Source: Giardia intestinalis | Lineage: Eukaryota | Length of the DNA: 64,000 nt | Strand: one strand, 5' to 3' | Assembly (NCBI GenBank): GCA_000002435.2 | Contig: CM018789.1 | Position numbers and translations under genes: made by a program | The notes under the pieces: model-generated | Told to the model about the DNA's origin: nothing | The model's database searches: none | The model's input: the letters and a program-made list of their open reading frames with translations, nothing else | In this document: piece by piece, positions 8,990 to 20,900 of the stretch | How positions within the stretch are numbered: the first letter of the stretch is position 1 | Layout: every line of letters starts with the position of its first letter

Positions 8990-11900
8990 TCATGCTTCAG
9001 TGACAACCTCCTTAGCGTTCTCCCTATGACTGGCACAATTGGCGCAGATTTGACAAGGCGCTATACTGCTTATGTCTTGGTATGGGAAAAAGTATGCGTC
9101 TGTTGACATACACAAGGGGCAAAAATGACCGGTGCAGGCGTGACAGTAATGCTCTGGCCGTTTTCCGCCACACCTTGCACAGCGGTTACTAGGAAGTGCC
9201 GGTGCGCAGTCAATGTACCGAGGGAGTCGCATGATCATGGTCGATAAAGAAGCTACAACCCGGTCATTGATTGATAAACTCATATGCGAGCAATCCGTTG
9301 CAATCTTCCAGATGGGAGACCTACTACTGGTTACGATCTCTGCACACAGTTTGGGGACTAGAACGGTCACAGTGCGGTCTTTGAAGTACTCTACATGCTT
9401 TATTGCAAGGGGATGGGATGGTCTATGTGCCGGAGCTGTGCAAAGAAGATTTATGCGTGTGGGCTCAGAATCTGTCGTAACCTTGGTCTTGATCTTTATT
9501 CTCACCGTCTCTGTGAGAAGTGACGGTAGGAGTACGTAAACTCTGAGAACACCCTTCTTATCTCCCGTTAAGAGCAGGTTATCTGCAATGGCGAGAAAGG
9601 CTGTGGTCTCATAGGAGGGTAGAAGAGCATAGAGAAGTGCAAGGCTTGTGCTCCAACAAGAGAGGATCCCTTCTTGAAGCACCCAAATTCTGCCGGCAAT
9701 ATCAGCTATCTGAGTCTGGACGACAGACGATGGATGCTCCACCGGGCGCATTGGCTCAATGGCGTGAAGCTCCACAATGGCAGCGCCGGTGATGAGATTG
9801 TACAGAATATGCCTCTGACCTACAGAGACTAGAATAAGTCTATGGGGATGTGAAACTGTTACGGCCGAAAATGGCGGAGTGGCCAGAAGCCGAACATGCC
9901 CGGTGACACTCAGCAGGCCAGCTTTCAGAGCATCAGGAGCAAATAGGACTAAATGAGTAGTTGCATCGGTGAGTGTAATGATGATACAGCTGTACTGAAC
10001 AAAGCACTGTCTGATATAGATGTTCATGTGGCCTCTTCCATACAGAAGGAAAGGAAGATTTAGTGTGTGACAAGTATGGTGGGCCTGGTTAATTACGGCT
10101 ATGGTGCGCATGTCTCTCATCAAGATAAGTAGAGAGTCAGGTGCTAAGGAGTAAATGTTTGCCAACATGATCATGTTTTGTAATTGGGTGTGTGAAACGC
10201 GTGGTTGCTTTGTCAGTAGCAAATTGTAAAACCATGGAATAGCTTGCTGTGGGCTAAATATATCTGCAGTTGCCGTGGAAATATGTTCCCCTTCGGAAGT
10301 GCGGACCAGTGACACTTCAGTCGGGTAGAGCACCTTCAGGAGGTCGTCAATGTGGAGAAGGTAGTCATATATGCGAATTTTCGTTTCGTTCTTTCCCCTA
10401 GATCCTAATACAGACTGGTAGATGCACTGTAGCACAGGTCGCTCTTCCACAGACATGCAGATAACGTCTCTAGAGCAAACACCAAAGTTCTTAAGTTGAG
10501 AGTATGTGCTTATCCTCGTCGAGAAGTTAGAAATACAATCCAGCGCAACAGAATCAGGATATGTTAGCCAGTAGTATATATTGAAGTGAGCTAAGCTGTT
10601 CTGCTTGTCACCAAACAGAAGACGGCACCATTGATAAAGGCTTGGAAAGGTGGTATACTGAGCCAACCGTTCTCTATTTATTAACGTGTAAAGAACCGTG
10701 TGCAGATAGGTGTCTAAAATGTCCTTGCAAGCAGTGCAGCCAGTCGCGTTCATAGAGTCACAGACCAAGTCATGGACTGCCTCGCCTGTGCTTCGTATAC
10801 CAAAGTCATGAGCAGACTCATTAAGGAACATATTTGGCGCATAGAATAGCTCTGGTATGAGTTCTCGGCACTCGCTGAGATTTGTATCCTTCACGGAGCT
10901 CCACAAATCCGACACATTGCTGAAAATCCTATCTGGGTTATCATATTTTCCATCATGTAGAAGGAGAGCTGCTGCCGAGAAGGGCTGAGATCTGAGGAGC
11001 ATTCCAGCAACAAACCCAGAGGTAGAGTAATGGCTCCCAGCAAGGAACGGAGCCGTTGTGAGGCTGTTATATCTATCCATATACTTTGCACGCTTGGACT
11101 CCGTCTGCTCCATGACTGTTTTGGCCAAGTTGCGGTCATCTGCAAGCCATGGAAATACAGGATACATAGAAGTGTCGCTGGAGCAGCGTCCAGCTACCAT
11201 ATTCAGCGCAATAACAGCCTCAATATGGCTTAGCTTTCCTGAGAACAAAAGTATTGGAATACTGAGGGTAGAGGGAAGCTTAGACCAGGGCATGGACTCC
11301 GAAATGCGGTTGATGCTGGGACCTAAACCAAGGGAAGGCCTTTCTGCAGCGTGATAAGAGGATAAGAGAGAGGTATAGAGGGCCGTGCTATCAATGATTT
11401 CGCCGAAGTGTTGCTGGGCCTTTGTGATGAGGATTAGAGCTTCCTCGAGCAGAGTGGCAAGTTGCTTGTTTAGTGCTTGCAAGACAGTCTTGAAAATATC
11501 ACTATATTGCGCTGTGATAGCCGATATCTGCTGAGGAAATGGCAGCTCATAAGGGTGCTCGTATAAACTTGCTTCAGATGGAGTGTCAGCATAGTTGATC
11601 TGTGGGATTTGAGAGCAGCATGAGTCCAAATGCATGCGCCATTTAGAGATATATTTCTTCAGCGATGCAACATTCGGTAACACAATTTCAAACCGTGCAG
11701 TGCCAAGATCACAGTCCCAGGATCCTTGTAGAGAGGTCTTCATCAAAGAGAAGATGAGAGCTATTGCAGACAGAAGGGAGTTGTTCTGTAGCATTAGTTG
11801 GCAGCTCGTGAATCTGTCAGATACCGGTGTTTTTGTTAGAACTGAGCGTGAACACTCCTGTTGAACGCGCAACATAAAGGCATGATCGTTGACGTAATGA

Positions 11901-14900
11901 TTTAGCCGCAATCGCCTAGATGAAATACTATCAAGTATCTCGTAAGTGTAAACCTCGCCTTGCTGAAGGAGAACCTCTATTTGCGTGCACCTGTGCGCCG
12001 ACTCCTTCCACAGAACGCTAGATATGTCTGACAATTTAATTGTTGTCATAAAAGGCAACAACTGAGCGGACCCTGTGCTGAGTTTTGCAGTTTGTTCTAG
12101 TAGAAGCCGCACATCTGTAAGGCACCGTTTTTCAAGGGCAGATTGTTCTGTGTGAGAGTCCGAGAGGTTCATTACTGGCGCTATAGAGTACTCGGAAACT
12201 GGCCTTCCTGGGGGATAGTTGCATCGCTTGACCAGAGAGGTCAAAAAGTGCTTGAGGTCTTTGAGAATCTCTCTTTGGGGCCCATGCTGCTCAGAAACGA
12301 GTTCTAGCTTTTGCTCAGGAAGTCTGGTCGATATAAGCAGTGTTTGTAGCATCTCTTGCATAGACGAAACGATCTTTTTAACAATCGAAGGCTGATGCAC
12401 TGCAGTTGGCAGCTCCTCCTCTTTCTCAGCAGAGATCTCTTGCGGTGAAATACTAAACGCATGCTCCCTCAACCCATAAATAATCTCCTCAGAGACCAAC
12501 CTCCACCCTGGAATGAAGTATATTGCCAAATCGGTAAGGATAAGAATGCCCTCATTTGGTGAAACCAGCTCTGTCTCATAACTGGCATATGCAATGAACT
12601 GCACTAATTCTGTGGCTGGTAAGATGTCTGCAAGACTGATAACGGAGTTGGCCTGCAATATATCATGAACTTTCCGCTCCAACTGTATCAGTAGAGACTC
12701 AAGCACTTGGGATGCTTTGTACTCTGGCGTGAATGCGCATGTTGCTCCAATGAGATTCTTTGTCCTCAATGAAAACTCATGAGATGTTCGATGGTAGCCT
12801 GCTACGCAAGCGAGAGGACCGCCCAAGTGGTAATAGCGACTTACGGCAGCGATAGTGGACAAAAGATAGTATACACTCCCTGAGCGAATGGGACTTAGGT
12901 GAATGTATGGAGCAGGAGTAACCACTCGACGAATGGCTTTAACCGGCGCGTTGGCAAAAGAGCTTGAAGACTTGGCTACTAGGTGTATGCTGCCGCTCAG
13001 CCCCATCGCCGTCAATCTAAAGCAATGTCGTCCAAATAGATATGACTCTACAATAACAAGTGTTTTGAACCTAGACGACTGCAGGGTACTGGGATTCGCT
13101 CTATTAGGATCCGTGTATTGCCTCACAAAGTCTAGAAGTGACGTAGTCGTGCCTTGGACCTTGACTTTTCCTTCCACAGATAGGTCTTCCCCATATATGG
13201 TCTGAATAAGATCAATAATGCACGTTATATTTCCAAGCTTGAAAGTGCTGGCAACAAAATAGAAGAATATGACAGACGAAAAAGGTATCATAGTTCTTAC
13301 TACTTTAGAGATTGCATGGGCCAATTCTACATTTGATGTATGAAGTATTGAGAGCAGAATAGCATTAATGACACCCTGTACAATCTTGAACTTTGTGAAA
13401 TTAAATCCCTGAAGCAGCTCACTGAATTTTATAGGTGTACGGCCTGGTTTCCCAGCAACATCAGAGGATACAGCTATTGCATCATCATCGCTTTCCGACA
13501 CAACAGATTTAGACGTGACGAACTCTAACATCTTGTTGTAGTGCTTGTATAGTTGCAGCTTCAACTTTGGACTCTCTGCTTTACCCAAGTAAATGTTACA
13601 GAGCTTTGTCACTGTAAGATCATTCTGCAGGATTTGCTTGATAAGTGTAAATGGATATCCATGTGTTGCAACGTTTCCAAGAGAATTATGAAACGAAAGA
13701 GGAAGAATCTCCAATGCGAGAATTTGCATAATTAATTCCTCATATTTAGAGCATAGGTCATTTGCAGATGGCTCCAGTGTTCGATGTTCCATAGCAAGAG
13801 AATAGTACTCAAAGACACAGGTGACGTATTCAATGAATAGGTCAGGAGAATTTAAGGTCTTTACCTGTGAGGTGAGAGTGCGTACAAACAAAAGATACAT
13901 GGCTTGCATGTATTGTAACGTGTCTTGTAGAACGGTAAGTGAATACTCTCCCAAGTCCAGATATCTCGCCAAGAGACGTAGCACAGAGGAAAAGACCAAG
14001 TCCACAAAGGGACCTATACTCAGGAGGTCTGTCTGAGTGTTTTCCACAAGCTCTTTGTGGAGCTTCACAATCCGGCGCTCCTTGGGCACAGAGTTCTTCG
14101 AAGAAACAATAACTGTCTGCGTGAGAGGAGAGAGGTGTAGTGGCGTATGGTGTGTGTATGAAGCCCCGGCTAACGACTCACAGATAAACTTCAAAAGGTC
14201 AAGGCACTTTTGCAGTGATGATACCTCTGTTGTAGCTACATATCCTGAGAGGGAGACAGCAAGACTCTCCGAAAGCAGCAAAGCTAGCAGTGATGAGAGG
14301 GATGCACAGGCCTTGTCGATCGCACAGAGCCGAAGGTTCTTAAACAAAAACCGGGTAATCATCTCTTGTGCTACAAGAGCCTTGCTGCTAAGAGGACTTG
14401 TATCTGCGAGCTCCACAGAATCTCCGAGTGCAGAACTGGTCGCTACTTCGACAATGTCATCAGAAGCTGTGTGTACTGATGCAGCTGCGTAAACCAAAGA
14501 CACCAGTAGCAGGAGATGGCTTGAGTATCCATAGATGGCTTCTAGAGGATCACTGCTGGATGCACACTTTTGAATATGCTCCAGCTCAATTGGGAAAGCC
14601 TTCTGAAGCTCACGAGGCGCAATCACTCGGTAAAACACCTGCAGCGTGCAGTCAAAATTCTGAACATTATGATAAATGATAAACTCATTCGGATTCGCGG
14701 GCTCCAATAAGCTTCTTGGTCCTGACAATGTGCGTCTATCCTCTGGCCCTACTATATCACCTGTTCCAAGCGGTGCTGTAAAAAAGAATTGAGCAGCATT
14801 AAGAGTCATGCTTAAATCTGAAAGATAGTGTTTGAATAGCTCTCCTGGCGTATTGTTAACCATAACTGCTTCAAACATTGATAGAAGATACCTTAGTGTA

Positions 14901-17900
14901 TGATTGAAGGTCTGAGGTGTTTTTAGTTGCAAGCAGTAAAATATGCGCAGCCCGCTGATGAAGGGCATGAAATACTCCATGTTGCAAATGCTTCCGTTGA
15001 GTGCATATGTGGAGGTGGACAATCGGAACCACGTCAATGGATCAAGGTGCTCAGTAACCGCGGCCGTCGATACTGAAAGGAATGACGCTAGAAGTGAGAA
15101 TGCAGTCGCTAAAAATGCGTCGATAAGTGGACTCAATACCTGCGTTTGCCGAAGAGCGTCAAAGCACAGCTCAATAACAGTTCTGTATGCACCGCAGATA
15201 AGGTATAGTTGTGGAAGAGACTTGTGTTCGTCTGTGTAACGGATTACATAGCATGCAGAGTAGAGTTGCTGTATGATGGCCTTAAGGGATAGCGAAGTCA
15301 ACTGCTCGATTACCAAGCAGTGATCGCTTCCGTCCGGGACTTCAGAAGACTCATTAACATCCTGGGCTATATGTGGATATAAAGCGAAAGAAGCTTGAAG
15401 AGAGGTGTAAGAGATCTGCAACTGATCAAAAATAACATCGGAGTTAAGAACCGTAAGCATGTCAACATGCACACTTGACGGCGTCCCCGAGGAAGAGTTA
15501 CTTCGTATATTGGCCAGGCGATTGATTATTAGCGTAACATATCCAGTCATGCCGTGAAGTATGGCGTGTTTGGCAAGAGACACATATGGAGAGGTGCTGC
15601 TGTGCTGTTGTATGCAGTTTGCATGGTCACTAATAGTACCCGCCACAGAAAGCGAGTGCGTGTGAAGGGATGCCGTTATAAAAACCGTAGCACGAGATAG
15701 TGTCTTTATGAAAGCAAGCCCTACCGCAGAGTGAGCTACATCCTCTGCAGCAATCAGGGTATACATAATTCCAAAGGACTCAGTGGCTATGTATGTAAAC
15801 TTTTGTGATATCTCCAAAAGAGACTGAAGAGGATTGGCAGAGGTCACGAGAATAGAACCAGCATAGATGAGAAATGCATCCATCATGCCGTGTATATACT
15901 GAAGCCAAAAGTCAGGAGTGAGTAGCTGTGCAAATAACTTGATATTTTTAGACGATTGCAAAAGGAGGCCTCTCAGCAGGTAAAGCATAAGCGGAACCGA
16001 GTCACTGGACAGTGCAATAGTGGCCGGCCATAAACACATAAATGAACTAACAGAATCTGCCACAAGTAGCTCCTCAACTAGGTAGTCAGCAAGCTCAGTT
16101 GGTATGCTAGATATTCCTGACTCCGTAATGGTTTCCAAAGTGAAGGAGATGGCATTCAAAAGAGCACCACAACGCTGCGAGTAAGCAAAAAGAGCGAAAA
16201 GAGCGTCACTCGCAGCAGAGCTTAGGCTTCCCTGAGATGCTATAATTAACGCTCTACACGCGGGTAAGAGTAGATTGCAATCGATGTTAACTGGTAAACT
16301 CCTTGAGTAGGCTAATGGGAAAAGAAACCTTTCCAGTGGAGGATTGGCAGAGACCACTGCACCAGATAGGGGCTTGGCTGTTACGGACAGAAATAGCTTG
16401 GTATTATCATCAGTTTGTGAGTGTATAAAGCACGAACTAGTTTGCGTGTGTTGTAACAGATTGACGCTGGAGTCAAAGACGAGCAACCCCTTACCAATGT
16501 ACCACTTATCTATTCTTTCTAATTCACCAATCCGGGGGACTTTCACGATAAAACGCTTGAGAAGAGTAATGCTGGATAAAATTATAGACACTTTTGACCC
16601 CATATCAAGATACTTACGCAGTAATAGATTGGGATCTCCTCCCGTGATGCGTGCCAGTATGCCCATATATGTATGTAGTTCGCCTAACATGAGCACAAGC
16701 GACTGCCGCGACATTCCGAAGAGAGCAGACGTAGTGAACAGACTTGGAATAAAATTCTGATCAAAAAGGGAAAGCTGCTCGTGAAACGAGATAAAGTGGT
16801 GCACCGTGCCCAAGACTCCTGTTCGCTTAGCCTCGGAGAAGAAATCTCCTGACGAGCCTTGCTGATGAAATAGCTTGAAAAATGCACGTTGATACCTGGT
16901 GAGAAACGCAGAAACACACTCTCCGCTCCATGGCACAGGGTCTGGGGTGGTCTTCTCTGAGATTTGAGAGGAGATGAATGAGGATAACTCTAAAGAAGAA
17001 ACGATTGGTACCTTGGTGAGAGTCTGGATCAAAAGCATAAGAAGGGAGATTCCACTGTAGAAAGGAACAGATGTAACAGGTTCCAGATAACCCAGGCGGA
17101 ATAGTAGATCATCCAAAAGAAGCGTACCATCAACCGATGTTATTGCCTTTAGAAACTCGTTGTAGATAATTAGTGACGTAAGGGGTACAACTGACGCTAA
17201 ATGGTTGACAACAGGTTGCATGTTTTCATTCAGCTCTACGGAATTAGGTTCTGCAGTCTTTAAAAAGGAAAATACAAGAGAGTCAGGCTGAAGAGACGTA
17301 GTATTGAACATCAGTGATTGCTGAGAAGAATGCGTTCGGATATCATAAAGTGTCGAAAGGGCAGAACTTTTATCACCTTGAAGTAGACGGCGAGACGGGG
17401 GTTCAGATGGCTGCGCACAATATGGGCAAGATACCGTGTACTCTTTGGGATGAGCCACTAGCTCACCAGTCCTGTTAACAGAAGCTTGTAGATCTGCGCA
17501 TAATAGGTCGAAAAGTAGGTAGTCTGAGGTGGAGACCATATTACACTGAGGGCAAAAGAAGCCTCTACGTTGTAACGAGTGACAGCCCTCAGTAAAATTT
17601 TTGCAGTCAGAATAGATGTGCAGATACAAAGATTCAAAATCGGTGGCAAACGCATCCAGATACCTGCTGGATAAGTGCTCAACTGAGACCTCGTGCTGTT
17701 CTAAATATTGGGGAAACGCGCACAAGCAATCCTCAACAATGAGGGGCTCGGTTTTGCCTGGTGTGCTACTAATTATCTTGATGGCTGAAAGAGGATGTGT
17801 TTGACCTAATAGAGAGGTATGTGGGGTATCCAGTGGATCGTAAAAGCTGAGTCCGCATGGCATACGCGACTGGGATCTAAGATCATGTGCTAGCCCGAGT

Positions 17901-20900
17901 ATGCTACCGAAGCTGGCGGGATCGTTGAATAGCTTCGAAATAGGCATACTCTTGTCAGTCAGCAGAGATACTTGAAATGGAGTAAGAATAAATGGTGAGA
18001 CAAGAACCTGATCATACAGTAGTGATCCCTCTGTTGTTATCTCAATCTTCAAGGGGAGGCAGAGCCTAGGAAGCTGCTCTAAGCGAAGGGACGCAGAAGA
18101 TCCATTAACCGTGACGGTTAAACCACAGATGGGTGTAAAAGAAGTGCCGAGGATAAATGAACTATGCTTCGAAACGCTTGACATTCCAAACCCAGAAACC
18201 GCTACACCAATAGTAAGCTCTCCATCTTCCACTGCGCTGGAGGGAAAGGCGTAATCGAGGGAATAAGTCCAAGCAACTGATGTAGCAACCAATCTTCGTA
18301 AGGACAAGTCCAGCGACAAGGTAAGAATAATCTCCGCGGAGTCAATTGAGAATATAGTTAAAACTAGGGAGCTGCTGTAACTATGGGTGTGAGAGCCATG
18401 TAGTATAACATGCAAGGCCTGCAATTTCTTGCTGCCATCAGTACTAGCATTAAGCTTATCACCCAATGTGTACATAGAGGAGTTCTTGGTCCTTCTATAG
18501 CCTAGCATGCTCTCGTGATATAATGCAAAGGATTGTGTGGTCGCCTTAAAGTACTGATCTGGCAAGCAAGAAGCTTCGGTTCGATGCCTTGAAAAGTGGT
18601 ACAAAAGTGATAATATCGATTGTGTGCAACTGTCATGTGGCGCTTTCAAAAGTACTTTTTCTAACCAGTGAATTGTCAATCCATTGGAATGCAGCAAGAG
18701 GACAGGTAAAAATCTTGTAATGCTTTTATTCTCATTCCCATCTAAAGTGGTAAAAAGTAAAGTCAAGAAGTTAGTGTTCCCCACAACAACTGAGCCAAGA
18801 CGCGCTCGATGACGAACCGCCAGCTCAATCGGTACACCTGTCTCCATAAGCTCCCTGTGCTTCTCAAAGACAGTTTTATCAAACGGAGTGTCCCTGGTTT
18901 CCAAGCAGCTAAGGTAGAATAACAAAACTGAAGGGTCTTCCAAGTAGTGGGCACGGATTGGTATCACCAGTTGCTCGCCATATGGGCATGCTAGTATAAC
19001 AAGGGAGTAGTAACGTTCTGGAATCTGCTGCGCATACCCCTTGAGCTTTCCTGACAGGCCAGTTATAAGGTTGCCCAGGCCAGAATCTGTATGAGGTGTG
19101 CCAGGTACACACTCTGCTCGAGAAAGCTTCATCTTAGAACAGAGCACATCGCATATAACAGGAAGATAATTATTTTCAGCAGATGCTAAGAAAACAGTCG
19201 CAAGAGTAAGATTGGCCGCAATGGTACTTTCCCATCGCTCCTCTAATTTGAACTCCACGCACACCAGAGAAAGGAGTTTTTCTTGCAATAAGGGAGTTGT
19301 GGAATAGTAAAAAAGATATGCCAACAGAATAACCTCAAAAAGCTCAAGCGGCTTAGCAATATTACAACCCAACCCAGCCCAAAGTGAACCATCGCCTTGT
19401 GAGGATATCCATCCTTGGGAAATGCAGGCGCAGAGACAGCACATGTTGTAGATAATAGGAAATTCATTTAATTCCTGAATCGGTGCGTAGCCTAACAGAA
19501 CGTCTTTGGAAATAGTTAGTCCGGGTTTTGTAAGGAATTCTGTGCGAGCATACTGTATCAATAAATCCAATCTGATACAACTGGCGGAGCGACCCCTGAA
19601 AAATAATAGCACAGAGGAAGCATAAGCATGGAAGTTACATGTCAATAGCGTATGCAATGCCTCAAGCAGGCCTGACGCCTGGAGTAGCGCTTCAGATGTG
19701 TCATAGTTTTCTTGCAAACGTAAGAGTATATTCAACAAATCCATGTTGGACCAGCGAGGTGTGTCGGAAGCACACCCTGATAAGCTACCCTTGGAAAGTA
19801 GGCCAGCAAAGAAAGCATAGACATCAAAGAATCTATTCAAAGAGTTATCCGTTGATTTGAGCACTCTTGTAGAGTGTTGTACCAAAGAATCCAAAAGGGC
19901 ATAGAACGGCTCAGATGCAGACAGCGAGTCTTGGTCCAATGTTATTAAATATGGGATGATCCATTCTAGTAAATTCGTAATAGTCGAGGAGCCGCTGTCT
20001 AGAAATGGATAAGGCTGTCTGGTGTGCAAATTAATGAGTCTGGTGAGAACTTGCACAAACAGTGTACATGTTGAATTACGAAGCAGAACGGAGTGCTGAA
20101 TGTCATATTTGTCACACGAGGTATTGCCCTCATTCGATTGTGGATAGATATCTAAATCTATTAGGGGAAGAGTAAGCAGATCTGCCACAAAGTTAGTAAT
20201 CCAGTTGGTACCCCGAACACTAATGCACGATGCATTTAGTAGAGCTGCTGTCAAGGAATCACTAGGAGGTTCCTGAAACGCTTTCAGGATAGATTGCTGT
20301 TCCTCTATGGAGATAGGTTGGAAAATAGTAACCAGTAAGAGCAAGCGAAATAATGCTGGGAACATTTGACGATCATATCTAAACGACTTGATCAGGAGTT
20401 CCTTAAGAAGTTGCAACTGCTCTGAATCAAGCACGAAGATGCCTTGTGTGTAATAACAACACAAGAGCGTATTCTCGATGATAACCGAAATATATTTATC
20501 ATAGTGGTCTCCTGTATCGAGCAACTTTCGACCAGCCTCGCGAAGTAGAGTCTTTGATAGTTGAATTATGCTCTCGATATCTTTTGATGACATCCTGCTG
20601 TCTATAATGTGGTAGAGAAGCAGGGTGGATGAGTCCTTTGGCCGTGCAAGAGAGCACCTACTACATCCGTTGCTATTAGTGTCTATGGCTGGCTGAGTTT
20701 CTGTGTCATCCAGGGCGGAGAACACATCTTTAGGTGAGAAGAGTAAGAGTGGAGAGAGACCATCAGGGGCGGACATTTGAAGTACACATGAATCTTCACA
20801 TCCAACAAGGCTAGCTAGATCTTTAATATAAATAAGTTCGAGAGCAGAGAGGGAGTCCATCCAGGAAATAATGGATGGCATTGTCGCCGTCGTATACTGA

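Noticed and set aside
9213-19860. Numerous 60-150-codon ORFs on the plus strand within the BEACH gene
   Set aside because: They lie entirely inside a well-supported 12.6 kb minus-strand CDS and have no initiator context.
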